DNA of 64,000 nucleotides from positions 204,974,001-205,038,000 of the forward strand of contig NC_086097.1 in NCBI RefSeq assembly GCF_963921235.1, read 5' to 3'. The DNA is from Mobula hypostoma (Eukaryota). This document shows positions 11,592-26,045 of the stretch, piece by piece. Both the position numbers and the translations under genes were made by a program. Position 1 is the first letter of the stretch, and each line of letters begins with the position of its first letter. The notes under the pieces were generated by a model. It was given only the letters and a program-made list of their open reading frames with translations. It did no database searches and was not told the DNA's origin.

Positions 11592-14500
11592 CCTTCCAGG
11601 TCCCAGGGTCAGGGACATCTCGGATCGAGTCCACAGTGTTCTTAAATGGTAGGGCAAGCAATTAGAATCATGGTCTGCATTGGTACCAATGACATGGGTA
11701 GCGGGTGTGATGAGGGAGTTGAGTGCAAAGTTAAAGGACAGGAAGGAACCCCAGGGTTATGATCTCACAATTGCTACCTGTACCACATGCTAGTGAGACC
11801 AGAAATAAGAAGGTCATACCGTTTAACACGTGGCTACGGAGCTGGTGCAGGATGGAGGACTTCAGATTTTTGGATTATTGAGCTCTCTTCCATGGAATGT
11901 GGGATCTGTAGAGAATGATTGGTTTGCACCTGAACTGGAAGGGGACTAATACTTTGAAAGGTTTCCTCGTGCTGCACACAGGGTTAAACTAGAGTTGCAA
12001 GAGGGGTGGGAACCAGAATGCCAGAACAGATTGTGGAGTGGTTCTGGAGAAAGATGTTGTTAAGCCTACACACAAAGTCATGAATCAAAAGGTTGAGCAT
12101 GGTGGGAATAGTGTTCTGAGCTGTGTATAACTCATTGCAAGGAGTATTGCAGGAAAAGCGGATCAACTTAGGGCATGGATCAGCATCTGGAATTATGATG
12201 TTGTAGCCATTGGTGAGACTTTGTTGCAGGAGGTGCAAGACTGGCAACAACGTGTTCTGGAGTTTCGTTATTTCAGATGTGATACAGCAGGAAGGATTAA
12301 AAGGGGAAGGGTGGCATTACTAGTCTGGGAAAATATCATGGCATTTCCCTGATGGGACAGACTGGAGAACTTGTCTAGTGACGCTTTATGGGTAAAACTG
12401 AGGAATAAGAAAGGTATGACGACGTTAAGAGGATTATAACATAGACCAACCTATAATCTGCGGGATTTAGAGGAGCAAATTTCTAGAGAGATCACAGACT
12501 GCTGCAAGAACCATAAGGCTCCCATTGTAGGTGATTTTAACTTTCAACTTATTGGCTCGGACTAGCATACTGTAAAAGGGAAATTTTCCTTAATCAATAC
12601 ATAGAGATTCAAACTAGAGAGTGTGCGATACTAGATCTCCTATAAGGGAATGAGACAGGGCTGGTAACAGAATTTTGTGTAGGGAACACTTTGTATCTGG
12701 TGATAATAATGCCATTAGTTTCAAGAAAATTATGTAAAAGGTTAGATCTGGTCCCCAGGTTGAGTTTCTAAATTGGAGAAAGACCAATTTTGATGGTATC
12801 AAAACGGATCTGGCAAATGTGGATTGGGACAGGTTATTTTCCGGTGTGTTTAGTAAGTGGGAGGCTTTCAAAAGTGAAATTTAGAGAGTACAGAAATTGT
12901 ATGCTTTTTCCAGAATAAAAGGCAAGCATAACAGGTTTAGGGAACCTTAGTTTTTGAGAGATATTGAAGCCCTGGTGACGAGAAAAGGAGTGGCATAGCA
13001 TGTATGGGTAGGTAGGAACAATTGAGGTTCTTGAGGAGGATAATAAATACAATAGAACTTGAAAAGGAAGTCAGGCGGACTAAGAGGAGACACGAGGTTG
13101 CTCTAGCAGACAAGGTGAAGGAGAATCCTAAAGGTTTCTATGGATATCTTAAGAACAATAGGTTAGTACGGGACAAGATTGTTCCTCTGGAAAATCAGAT
13201 AGGTTGTTTACGCATGGAGCTGAACGAGATGAAGGAGACCTTCAATGGATTTTTTGCAACTGTATTTACTTGGGAGATGGAGTCTATAGGAGTGAGGCAA
13301 AGTAGTGCTGAGGTCATAGAGGAGGAGATGTTTGCTTTCATGAGGCAAATTAGGGTGGATAAATCCCCAGGACCTGACAAGATGTTCCCTCAGATCCGTT
13401 TGGAGGCTAATGGAGAAATTGCAGGGGTCCTAGCAGAGATATTTAAAACATCCTTACCCATGGGTGAGGTGCCAGTGGATTGGAGGATAGCTGATGGTAT
13501 TGCATTGTTTAAAAAAGCTCTAAGAATAAATCAGGAAATGATAGGCCAGTGAGCCCGACATCAGTAGTGTGGAAGTTATTGGAAGGTATTCCAAGGGACC
13601 GGATATATAAGTATTTGGAGTACAGACAGGATATTATTAGGGATAGTCAACGTGGCTTTGTGTGTGATAGTTTATGTCTAATCAAACTTATAGTGTTTTT
13701 TGAGGAAGTTACCAGGAAAGTTGATGAAGGCAAGGCAGTGGATGTTGTGTATGTGGACTTTAGCAAGCCCTTAGACAAGGTCCCGCATGGGAGGTATGTC
13801 CAGAAAGTTCAGTCGCTTGACATTCAGGATGGGTTAGTAAATTGGATTAGACATTGGCTTCACGAGAAAATTTAATGAGTGGTAGTAGATGGTTGCCTCT
13901 CTGAAAGGAGGCCTGTGATGAGTGGTGTGCCGTAAGGATCAGAACTGGATCCATTGTTGTTTCTCATCTATTTCAATAATCTTGATGATAACGTGGTAAA
14001 CTGAATCAGCAAAGTTGTAGATGGCATCAAGATTGCGGGTGAGGTGAACAGCATGGCAAACAATCACCACTCGCAGCTGGAAATATGGGCTGGAAAATGG
14101 CAGATTGATTTTAATGTAGACAAGTGTGAGGTGTTGCAGTTTGGGAAAACCAACCAGTGTAGATCTTGCATGGTGAGCAGTAGAATAGTGGGATCTGGGA
14201 ATACAATTCCATAATTCACTGAATGTGGTGTCACCCGTAGATAATGTTGTAAAGAAAGTTTTTGGCCTCCATAAATCAATGTCGTGAGTGCAGGCGTTTG
14301 GATGTTGTGTTGAAAATGTATAAGACATCAGAGAGGCCTAACTTGGAGTATTGTGTGCAGTTCTGGTCACCTACCTACAGGAAAGATGGAAAGAGTGCAG
14401 AGAAAATTTATGAGGATATTGTGGACCTGAATTATAGTGACATTTTGAATAGGTTTGGACTTAACTCCCTGGAAGTAGGAGAATGAGGGGAGATTTGATG

Positions 14501-15460
14501 GAGGTATACAAAATTATGAGGACTATTAATTGGGTAAATACAAACAGGCTTTTTCCACTGAGGTTGGGTGACACTACAAATAGAGGTCATGAGTTGGTTC
14601 AAGTTCAAGTTTAATTGTCATTCAACCCTACAAACAAAACAGCCTTGTTCTGGGGCTGAGGTGCAAAGCACAGTACAAACAGTCATACACAGCACAGGCA
14701 CATATGGCACATATAAGATAGCAGTCCCACAAAAAAAGTCCCTGAGTTCATGAATGTTGCAGCAGTCTGCAGTTGAATATAATAAAGCTTGTTTTCTGCC
14801 GGGTGAAAGGTGGAAGGCAGTACCAACTCCAGCATGGACGCATGCCACACTGCCACTTACACTCTGGTGGAGCGCCGGACGCTGATGCCTCCTCTCTGTT
14901 AGTTGCAAACAGGTGACACCATGGCTGGAGGCCTAGACCTCACTATGACTGAGGCCATGCGGCTCCCCCTCCATACATCCCTGCCATTCGCCGACAAACT
15001 AATGAATTGGACTTGCAGTGACCCGCACCACAAATGTCCAAAAGGGTCTTGCAATTAAAGGAAAAGTGACTAAAACAATCACATGCAGTTAGACTGCACA
15101 CCTGCTTTGCTCACCGATACCTCTTGCAGACAGCATCACGGTCTGCACCAAGTCCAGCTCCTTCAGTTTCTCTGCATCTCACTGATGGGATAGACCTGCA
15201 ATACTCTAAGTTCTTAATGTCCTTGCAATTGTAAAATATAAATTGTGAAAAGACGTTAACACCTTTGGGTGATCCCATAGAAACCACCACGTCCGAGCAT
15301 GCTGCCATCTTACTGGAAGTTAAGGGAGAAAGGTGAACTGTTTAAGGGAAACATGTGGAGATCTTCACTCAGAGTTTGGTGAGAGAATGAAACAGGCTGC
15401 CAGCAGAAGTGGTGGATTCAGGTTTGATTTCAACATTAAAGAAAGTTGGATAGGTAAAGC
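11592..15460 (+). mobile_element. Long degenerate CR1 (ORF1 esterase part, endonuclease, RT, 3' end), interrupted at 14598-15318
   Basis: LPGPRVRDISDRVHSVLKW and IGTND (SGNH esterase of ORF1) at ~11592-11700, RT peptides in ORFs 13022..13552 and 13549..13875, and RPNLEYCVQFWSP at ~14335. Confidence 0.9.
14598..15318 (-). mobile_element. Non-autonomous retroposon (LINE-tail-bearing SINE-like element) inserted in CR1
   Basis: On the minus strand it starts ttccagtaagatggcagc and ends with a (ttgaac)n tail. CR1 sequence is continuous on both sides (gtcatgagtt | gttaaggg). Confidence 0.6.
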
Positions 15461-15519
15461 TAGTGTTTTGTCTGGGTGAAGGTCAGTTTCTTTTTCAGGT
15501 CACTAACAATGGAACTGGA

Positions 15520-15955
15520 AGTGGCTATTATTGTCACAGAAAGTGAGATAGAGTGAAAATCTTGTCTTGCATTTTGTTCATATAGATTAAATAATTACAT
15601 GGTGCATTGAGGTAGGATAAGGTAAAACAATAACAGAATGCAGAATAAATTGTAACAGCTACAGGGAAACTGCATTGCAGGTAATAAGGTACGAGATCAT
15701 ATGAGGTAGATTGTGAGGTCAACTGGTCATTTTATCGCACAAGAGAATTATTTAATAGTCTTATAACAATGGGTAGAAGCTATCATTGAGACTAGTGGTA
15801 TGTGCTTTCAGGCTTTTGTATCTTCTGCCCAGTGGAAGATTGGAGAAAAGAGAATGTTTGGAGTAAGTGGGTTTTTGATCATATTGACTACTTCACTAAG
15901 ACACAAGCAGCAAGAAAGTTTAGACAATCCATGAAGGAGGAATTGGTTCGGTGAT
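15520..15955 (-). mobile_element. Rex1/Babar-type LINE 3' fragment, old
   Basis: tgctttcaggcttttgtatcttctgcccagtgg is the reverse complement of LP.GRRYKSLKA; the adjacent 3' UTR resembles the other Rex1 copies here. Confidence 0.65.
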
Positions 15956-17539
15956 GACATGAAACATTGAATCTCTTTCTCCATAGATACTCACAGAGCT
16001 GCTGAGCATTTTTGACATTTTTGTTTCACTCGAAAATTATGTAGGATGTTAACAGCATGTGACCGAGGCTTTTAAAGTGACTGATTGCACAATATAGATC
16101 AGGATGAGGATGTAAACTACCAGAGGTTAGTACCAAGCTCTCCGGCTGGTCTTATGGTTTGGAAATAAAAGAGATAGAAGTACTTTACAATAAGAATTGA
16201 TGTTTTCTGGCTGTATATCTCAGTGATACTGTGAACCTATGAGACCGATACAAGAAGACCAGCAAATCCACTAAAATGAAAACATTTTGCATGGAATGAA
16301 ATGCCCAAGTCCTTGATTTCACCTGGAAATGAATAGTAAGGCAATCTAACTGGGTTTGATCATTTTATTGTGGAATTTGTTTATTATAAATGGGCGTTAA
16401 ATGGTCCGATTTCTTGGCAAACTTATCTAGAAATACTACAGCAACAGTTCTGTGAGAATATGTTTAGAAAATTGCAAAACACATCTCTCAGAAACTCTAG
16501 CATGAGATCCATTATTGCACACAAAGCAATAATTTAACCAAAGGTCAGATATTAACCTATTTACTGAATTACTGAGCTGTCATACATTGGAATTCACTTA
16601 ATATGCTATACCAGAGTTTGTTAAATTATACATTCATTTGAATGTGAGAATACAGTAGAATGTATTCATTGTGTTTACAGATTCTTCTGTTATATACTGA
16701 CTAATAATTTAAAAAAGGAATAACAAAAAACCCTGTGATAGTTTACCAATTTCTTAATCATAGATTCACCTAGCTCTGAACTGGCCATTCACCCCTTATG
16801 TGCATGTTGGCATTTATTAGCATTTGGTTTGTCTGCTTCTATATCTTGGTTGTTCAAGTGTTTATCTAGATACCTTTGAAGCATTACAATCCTTCTTCAT
16901 ATCTGTCCACATTCCCCTTCAACTTGCCTCTGCACGGAGGCTGCACTTACATTTTGCAAATGAGCTTCAACAGCTCCTGGCACAATCTCAGTGAAGCTTG
17001 GAAAGGTTAAACATTTTTAGCCTTAATGAGACAAGTGCATTTGTATCCAAAATCCAGTACAAAGAATGCCTGTTTTGGAATTAGTGTAGGCAGTAAAATG
17101 TTGAGATATCCTGACCAACTGTTGTAAATTCAGTCATGTAGAACTTTGCCTCAGCTGATTAACAAAGCACTGACCCCCTTCCAAGTCCAAGGTACAACAG
17201 TTTTAAATAATGCTCTGAGATGCATCCTGCCAATTCTACAGTCCCCAGATTATTATTTCTTTTGACTGTAATGGAAAGGCAAATCTATCATAACATGAGA
17301 TTTATTAGCATGTACAGAGCAGAAACTTAAAATGCTCTGTACATTGACATCTGATCCTGCAGCAATTTTACTTCTCCACATTAAAAGTGATCCCTAATTT
17401 CTCCTCGGCTCTAAAGTCCAACAGTATTAAAACTAAGTTCTATCTCTGACTTGTCATGAAGTAGTACTGCATTGTAAATGAAGAATGATTTGGAGTATCT
17501 CCTGGGATGTTATTGATAGTTCTGCTGGAGAGAATGAGA

Positions 17540-17945
17540 ACGAGAATCAGAATCTGGTTTAATATCACTGGCATTTGTTGTGAAATATGCAGCAGTGCAT
17601 TGCAATACATATCAATAAAAACTAAATTACAATAAGAAGTATATATATTTTTTAAGAAGTTAAATTAAGTAATGCAAAAGGTGGAAAAAGAAATAGCGAG
17701 GTAGGGTTCATGGGTTCAGTGTCCATTCAGAAATCAGATGGCAGAGGGAAAGAAGCAATTCCTGAATCATTGAGTGTGTGCCTTCAGGCTACTGTACCTC
17801 CTCCTTGATGATAGCAATGAGAAGAGGGCAAGTACTAGGTGATGGGGGTCCTTAATGATTAACGTTGCCTTTTTGAGGCATCGCTCCTTGAAGATGCTCT
17901 GGACGCTGGGGAGGCTAGTGCCCATGATAGAGCTGACTGAGTTTA
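17540..17945 (-). mobile_element. Rex1/Babar-type LINE 3' fragment
   Basis: ORF 17767..17985 contains RCLKKATLIIKDPHHLVLALFSLLSSRRRYSSLKAHT; (gaatca)n tail. Confidence 0.85.
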
Positions 17946-19044
17946 TGAGAGAGAGGGAGAGCGCGAGAGAGTTGACATTTTGCATTCACCAAACAGACAT
18001 AGCTCTCCAGTCATTGAACCCAGCTGGTTGCGGTTATTAGGATTGACCCACAAGCTGTGGGTACCATCTAGTGAGGAAGGAGGGAAATACGAACATGCAA
18101 GACTCAGAGAGGCAGCTGCTAAGCTTATTGTGTGAAACTTGTGTCCTTCCATAAATGTAAATTTACTCCTTTTGGTCTGCACCTATATCATCATGTAGAA
18201 GTGAGCACGCTCGCTCTGCCCAGCTGCTTCCTAGTTAATCCCTTCTGTGCATTAAAGCATCTCCTTCTGTGTATTAAACAAGCAGACATCTACACCTCCA
18301 GTTATAAGATCCTTTCCTGAATGATGGCAGTAAAATCAGGAAAGATTTGAAACAGGACAGATTTTCCTTTTCAACTAAATGAGCTGTGTTAACATAAGCA
18401 ATTGTATAGATGCATGAGTTACATGTTTGAAATGAATGATAATTGTGGTTTTATGAGCACTAATAAGATGATAGTGGCTGCAAAATTGGGTATGTATAAT
18501 TTATTATCTTCAAAGGTTGTCCCGCTAATATAGTGGCTTTCTCAAGTCCTCACCAGCTGATAGCTCAGGATTCCTTGGTGCCTATTTAACATCACTGGCC
18601 AGAAACAGAAGGTCTGCATTCAAAATTATGGCAACTTTGCTGTTTGACCATAAGTTTGTTAAAAAATACAAATTTTATAAAAAGTTTTATTTAAAAAAAA
18701 GCGGTTTTCAACACCATCTCGAAGTCAAATGTACTCAGGAAAACACAAGACATACTTGTCAAATAAACAAAACAACATAAATCTATTAAAATCATATTGT
18801 TCATTGTACATTTATGTATGTATAAGCTTATGATAGCTCCATTTTGTAAGATGTACGTTTTACACTTGTTTCAAAGTGAAATATTACACAATGGTTTAAT
18901 TAATAAGAGAAAGCAATTAGTTAAACTCTTTCTTCCAGGTGACAGGTACACAATGAACATTGTAAGCAACATAAATAGGCAGAGGAAACACAGGCAAACA
19001 GCAAATGGGGTTAACAAACTGAAAGATATTAAAAATGCAAATTT

Positions 19045-19745
19045 CAAGGTTTTTTATCTGAATGCATGCAGCATTCACCCGAAGATAGATGAATTAATGA
19101 TACAGACAGAATAAATGGGTATGATCTAATTGCTATTATGGAAATGAAGCTGCAGAGTAACCAGACCAGGGAGATGAATGTCAAAGGATATTCAGCATTT
19201 AGGAAGGACAGGAGGAAAGGAAAAGGAGCCAAAGTTAGCAGACTAAAAACAAAAATAGATCAATACCGTTGTTAGCTTGGCTGATCATGCTTTAAGGTTG
19301 GAATCCATTTTGATAACCTAGGAAACAGCAAAATCAGAAACCATCAATGAGAGTTGTGAGGCATTCTTTTAGTCTCTTTATCAGGGAAGGATGGTAATGC
19401 CCTAGAAGCAGTTCAGACAAGGGATACTAAAATTATATTAGAGTGTGCAGATGGTCTTGTGAGGAAAGGTTTGACAGGGGAGGCTTGAGATGAGAAAAAT
19501 GAATGGGAGTTGATGCTGTCAACTCCCCAGAAGGATCCTGAAGGATCTTGACAAGGTGGACAGAGAGGAGGTTTTTCCCCTTGTATTTAGGAGCGTTTTA
19601 AGATATTTTCAAAATGTTTGATAATCAAAAAAAGTGAAAGATTACTGAGGATAAATGAAAATGCAAATTCGAAGTTATAATAAGATTAGCATTGATTTTA
19701 TTTAAATAATAGAATAGATTTGAGAGGCTAAGAGCCTATGTTCAA
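19045..19745 (+). mobile_element. Old CR1 fragments (endonuclease start and a 3' piece)
   Basis: FYLNACSIHPKIDEL (YLNARSI.NK.DEL motif) at ~19050 and a degenerate RT C-terminus/3' UTR at 19370-19745. Confidence 0.6.
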
Positions 19746-19989
19746 ACTTATATTTGTATGTCTATTTGCTACTTAATAGCATATATCAATAGGTTAAGGG
19801 TAATCTGTAGAGGGGTAATGAAATAGTTAAGGGGATTTTATCTACTTATAATCTCAAATTCACAGCCATAAAATGGAGGGTGAATTCTTGGAATATATAT
19901 GAACTAGTTTACCAGATCAATGTGTTGATGGATCAACTTGGAAGAAGTCTTTTAAATTCAAAATTAAAGGTAGTTTAATGTAATTTGTA

Positions 19990-21855
19990 GAAATTTGTAG
20001 AATGCCTATGAGATGGCTATTTAGAGAAGCTTGTGGTTGAGCCCACTAGGGAAAAGAGAATTCTAAATTTATGTTCTGTAATAGACCAGATTTGATTAGG
20101 GATATTAAGGTAGGAGGCAGTGATCATAAAATGATAAAATTCACCCTATAGTTTGAGTGGGAGAAGATAAAGTCAGATGAATCAGTAATACAGTGGAGTA
20201 CAGGGAGGAATTATAGAGGCATGAGAGAGGAGCTGACCGAAGATGATTGGAAGGGAACACTCCGAGGGATAACAGCAGAACAGCAATGGCTAAAATTTCC
20301 GGAGGCAATTCAGATGGCGCAGGATCAATACATCAGAAAGATGAAGAAGTATTCTAAAGGGAAGATGTTGAAACCATGGCTGGTAAGTGAAATCATAAAA
20401 GCAAAAGAGAGGGCATAGAGAATATATAGCAAAATTAGTGGGAAATTAGAGGGTTAGGAAGTTTTTTAAAAAAACAACAGAGGACAACTAAAATGCCATA
20501 AAGAGAGAAAAGATGAAATAAGAAGGTAAGCCTGCCAATAACACAAATGAGAAAACAAAAGGATTTTTCAGATATATAAGGCGGAAAAGAGAAGCGAGAG
20601 TAGATATCGGACCACTGGAAAATGCCGCTGGCAAGATAGTAATGGAGGATATAGAAATAGTAGACAAACTTATTTTATATCAATCTTCATTGTGGGAGAC
20701 AACAGAAGTAATGCAATAAATTCTAGAGTGTAAGGACGCAGAAGTGAGTGTAGTTGGAATTACTAAGGAGAGTATGCTTTGGAAGATGAGAGGTCTGAAG
20801 GTAGATAAGCATTTGGACTAGATGAACTACACCCCAGGGCTCTGAAATGAGTAACTGAAGAGCTTGTGGAGGGATTAGTAATGGTCTTTCAAGAATCACT
20901 AGATCCTGGAATGATTCCTGAGGACTGGAAAATTGCAAAATTACTCCACTCCTGAGGACAGGAAAATCACCCCACTCTTTAAGAAGTGGCAGGGGGGGAG
21001 GCTGAAGAAAGGAACAGATAAGCCATTTAAACTGACTTCAATGATTGGGAAGATGTTAAAGTCCATTATTAAGGATGAAGTTCTGGGGTACTTGGAGGCA
21101 CCTGATAAAGTAGACCAAAGTCAGCATGGTTTCCTTAAGGGAAAATCTTGCCTGACAAATCTGTTGAAATTCTTTGAGGAAATAACAGGCAAGATAGACA
21201 ATGGAGAGTCAGTGGATGTTGTGCATTTCAATTTTCAGGAAACCTTTGACAAAGTGCCGCAAATGAAGCTGCCGAACAAGATGAGATCCTAAGGTATTAT
21301 AAGAAAGATACCAGTATGGATAGAAAATTTGCAGAGTTATTCCAACTCTTTGCAGATGCAAAGAGTTGGAATAAAGTGAATCTATTCTGGTTGGCTGCCA
21401 ATGACTAGTGGTGTTCTGCAGTGGTCGATATTAGGACTGCTGTGTATCACAATGTATGTCAATGATTTGGATGACAGAACTGATGGCTTTGAGGCCAGGT
21501 CTGAGAATGATACAAAGATAGATGAGGGGCAGGTAGTGTTCAGGAGTCTGTAGAAGGACTTAAACAGATCTGGAGAATGGGCAAAGATGTGGTAGGTAGA
21601 ATACAGTACAGAGAAGTGTATGGTCATGCACTTCCATTGAATAATGAAGGTTTAGAATATTTTCTAAATGGGGAAAAAATTCAAAAATCAAAGCTGTAAA
21701 TGAACCTAGGTGCCCTTGTGTAAGATTTCCTAAAGGTTAACTTGCAGGTTGAGCTCATGGTAAGGAAGCAAATGCTATGTTAGTATTCATCTTGAGAGAA
21801 CTAGAACCTAATTGTAAGCTTCTGATGCTGAGGCTTTATAAGACACAGATCAGAC
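19990..21855 (+). mobile_element. CR1 ORF2 (endonuclease C-terminus, linker, RT), degenerate; continues at 25692-25965
   Basis: GGSDH motif at ~20115; SQHGFLKGKSCLTNLLKFFEE in ORF 20933..21292. It breaks off at LRLYKTQIR and resumes with YLRKDVL..ERVQR at 25700. Confidence 0.85.
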
Positions 21856-21859
21856 TAAT

Positions 21860-24800
21860 ACTATAAGATATAGGAGCAGAATTAGGCCATTTGGCCCATT
21901 GAGTCTGCTTCACCATTTCATCATGACTGAACTGTTTCCCTCTTAGCCCCAGTCTCCTGCCTTCTCCTCATATCACTTAAGGCCCTGACTAATCAAGAAT
22001 CTATCAACCTCTGCCTTAAATATACCTAATGATTTGGCCTCCACAACCACCTGTGGCAACAAATTCCACAGATTCACCATTCTCTAGTGAAAGAAATTCC
22101 TCCTCATCTCTATTCTAAGTGGACTTCCCTCTATTCTGAGGCCGTGTCCTCTGGTGTTAGAATACCACACCATAGAAAACATCCTCTCCACATCCACTCT
22201 ATTGTGGCCTTTTAACATTTGATTGGTTTCAATGAGATTTCCCTCATTTTTCTGAATTCCAGTGCGTACAGGCCCAGAGCCATCAAACGCTCCTCATATG
22301 ATAAGCCTTTCAATCTTGGAATTGTTTTCATGAACCTCCTGTGAACCCTCTTCAATGCTAGCACATTTTTTCTTAGATAAGTGACTCAAAACTGCTTACA
22401 GTTCGCCAAGTGAGGTCTCACCAGTGGCTTATAAAGTCTGAACATTACACCTTGCATTTATATTCCAGTACTCTCGAAAAGAATGCTAACATTGCATTTG
22501 CCTTCTTAATCACTGCCTCAACCTACAAACTAACCTTCATGAAACCCTGCACAAGGACTCCTAAGTCCCTTTACATCATCGATTTTTGAATGTTCTCTCC
22601 ATTTAGAAAATGGTGTACACTTTCATTTCTTCTACCAAAGTGCATGACCATACACTTCCCAACTCTGCACTCCATCTGCCACTTCCTTGCCCATTCTCCC
22701 AATATGTTTAAGTCCATCTGTTGCCTGTCTGCTTCCTCAACACTACTTGCCCTTCTACAAATCTTTGTATCATCCACAAACATGGCCACAAAGCCATCAA
22801 TTCCATCATCCAATTTACTGATATAATACATAAAAAGCAGTCATAACACAAACCCCTTGGAACACCACTACTCTCTGGCAGTCAAGCAGTAAAAGGCCCC
22901 ATTTATTCCCACTCTTTGTGTCCTGCCAATCAGCCAAAGCTCTATCCATGCTAGTATCTTTCCTGTAATACCATGGGATCTTTATTTGTTAAGCAGCTTT
23001 ATGTGTGACACCTTGTGAAAGGACTTTTGAAAATCCAAGTACACAATATCCACCGATTCTCCTTTATCTATCCTGCTTGTTATTTCTTCAAAGAATTCCC
23101 ACAGATTTGTCAGGCAGGATTTTCCCTAGAGGAAACCATGCTGATTTTGGCGAATTCATTTGTGCGCCTCCAAGTACCCTGAAACCACATCCTTTACAAT
23201 CAACTCCAATATCCTCCCAATCACTGAGGTCAGACTAACTGGCCTATAATTTCCTTTCTTCTGCCTCTTTCTCTTTTTGAAGAGTGAAGTGATATTTGGA
23301 ATTTTCCAGTCCTCCAGAACTATGCCAGAATCTATTGATTCCTAAAAGATCATTACTAATGCCTCCACTATCTCTTCAGCCACTTCTTTCAGAACCCTGG
23401 GTAGTACATCATTTGGTCCAGGTGACTTACCTACCTTCAGAGCTTTCAGTTTCCCAAGAATCTTCTTCCTCATAATGGCAACTTTACTCATTTCTGCCTC
23501 CTGACACATTCGAATCTTCGGTAAACTGCTAATGTCTTCCACAGCAAAGACTGATTTAAAAAAAATACTTATTCAGTTCATCTGCCATTTCCTTGTTCCC
23601 CATTACTACCTCTCCCGCATCATTTTCCAGTGGTCCGGTATCTACTCTCACCTCTCTTTTACACTTTAAATATATGAAGAAACTTTTGGTATTCTCTTTA
23701 ATATTATTGGCAAGCTTACCTTCATACTCCATCTTTTCCTTCTTTATGATTTATTTAGTTGTCTTCTTTTGATTTTTAAAGGAATCCCAATCCTCTAATT
23801 TCCCTTTTTTTTTGCTATGTTTTATGCCCTCTCTTTGGCTTTTATGTTGGTTTAGGTTCTCTTCTCCTGTCTTTAGAATACTTACTTGTCTTTGAGGTGT
23901 GTGTATCTATCCTATGCCTTCCAAATTGCTCCCAGAACAACCAGCCATTGCTGCTCTGCTGTATTCCATTCCAATCAATTCTGGCCAACTCCTCTCTCCC
24001 GCCCCTGTAATTCCCTTTACTCCACTGTAATACTGATGCATCTGTCTTTAGCTTCTCTTTCTCAATTTGCAGGGTGAATTCTGTCATTTTATGATCACTT
24101 GCCCCGAAGGTTTCTTTTATCTTAAGGTCTCTAATCAATTCTGGTTCGTTGATAACAGCCAATCCAGAATAGCTGATTCCCCAGAGGGCTCAACCACGAG
24201 CTGCTCTAAAAAGCCATCTCATAGGCACTCTAGAAACTCCCCCTCCTGGAATCCAGGACCAACCTGATTTTCCCAATATGCCTGTATATTGAAGCTGCCC
24301 ATGTCTATCATCAAATTGCCGTTTTGACATGCATTTCCGATCGCCCATTGTAATTTGTGGAACACATCTTAGCTACTGTTCTGAGGTCCAGCTATATCTC
24401 CCATTAGGCTATTTTCACCCTTGCAGTTTTTTCACTCTATCCACAATAATTCAACACCTACTGATCCTGTGTCACCTCTTTCTAATGAGTTGCTTTCAGT
24501 TTTTACCAACAGAGCAATGTCACCCCCTTCTGCCTTTGTGCCTGTCCTTTCAATACAATGTGTATCCTTGGACATTAATCTCCCGGCTATAATTTTCTTT
24601 CAGCCACGATTCAATGATGCCCACAACATCTTACATGTCAATCTGTAATTGTGCTCCAAGTTCACCTACCTTTTTTCATATTCTGTGTGCATTCAGATAT
24701 AATACCTTCAGTCCTGTATTCACCCTTTTCAATTTTGTCCCTTTTTACATTCTAACTCATCCCGTTGACTGAAATTTTGCCCTAACATCAGCCTCCCCTT

Positions 24801-25690
24801 GCTAGCAGTCTCACTACACACTGCCCCGATTTTTAAACCATCTACTTCATCCTCAGCCCTATCACTCCGGTTCCCATCCTCCTGCCAAATTATTTTAAAC
24901 CTTCCTGAACAGTCCTAGCAAACCCGCCCACAAGGATATACATCCCCCCTCAGGTTCATGTGTAACCTATCCCTGTTGTACAGGTCATATCTTCCCCAGA
25001 AGAAATCCCAATGATCCAGAAATCTGAACCTGTGCCCCCTGCACCAATTCCTCAGCCATGTATTTGTTTGCCAAATTATCCTATTTTTACCCTCATTGGC
25101 ATGTGGCACAGGCAGCAATCCGGAGGTTACTACCCTGGAGGTTCTGCTTTTCAGCTTTCTACCTAGATTCCTAAAATCTTCTTCAGGACCTCTTCACTTT
25201 TCCAACCTATGTTATTGGTACCAATACATGCCAACACTTCTGGGCACTCCCCGTCTTTCTTTAGAATGCCTTGGACCTGATCCGAGACATCCTTGACGTG
25301 GCATCTGGGAAGCAACATAGCATCTGAGTGTTTCTATCATGTCCACAGAATCTAATCTCTTTTCCTCTGAGTGTGGAATCTCCTCTCCTACTGCAGTCCT
25401 CTTCACCTCTTCTCTTCTAAGCCACAGCCACAAACTCAGGGGCAGAGACCTGGTTACTGCAGCTCCCCTTGGTAGGTCACCCCCCTCAACAGCATCTAAA
25501 GTTGTATACTTAATAATGAGGGAACAGCCACAGGAGTACTCTGCACTGGCTGCCCAGTCCCTTTCTTCTCCTGACAGTCACCCAGTTACCTAGGGGTGAC
25601 TCCCTCCCTACGGCTCCTATTAATCACTTCCTCAGTCTCCCACATGAACCAGATGTCTTTGAGCTGCAGTTCCAGTTCCTTAACTCGTAT
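21860..25690 (-). mobile_element. Near full-length degenerate CR1 inserted antisense into another CR1
   Basis: 3' UTR/tail at 21860, FVDDTK RT motif (22571..22831), KSPGP linker, ASDHK endonuclease motif, ORF1 esterase (NTWLRNWCRGHRFRFLDHW; 24915..25118) and ORF1 coiled coil RVKELELQL at ~25660-25687. Confidence 0.9.
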
Positions 25691-25691
25691 G

Positions 25692-25965
25692 AAGCCAGCA
25701 TATCTAAGAAAAGATGTGCTGGAATATGAAAGGGTCCAGAGGAAGATCACAAGAATCACTCCAGGAATTGAGGGGGAAATGTATAAGGAGCATTTGTAGG
25801 CTTCAGGCCTGCATTCATGCGAATTTAGAAGAATGTCTCACTGAAGCCTATCCAATATTGAAAATCCGAGATAGAGTGGCTATGGAGACAAAATTTCCTG
25901 CAGTGAATGAGTCTACGACCAGAGGCACAACTTTACAATAGCGGGGCATCCATTTATAACAGATA
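25692..25965 (+). mobile_element. Continuation of the CR1 at 19990-21855
   Basis: AYLRKDVLEYERVQRKITRITPG follows on from the point of interruption. Confidence 0.7.
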
Positions 25966-26045
25966 GAGTTAAGTCGGCGTGCTGGATGAATGAGTAATTA
26001 TGACTGGCAAATCTACTTGAACCATATTAGAATGTGAGAATTGGG

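Noticed and set aside
16200..16345. Acceptor-like ctcag and donor-like gtaagg pair
   Set aside because: All three frames contain stops; a non-coding exon cannot be supported without transcript data.
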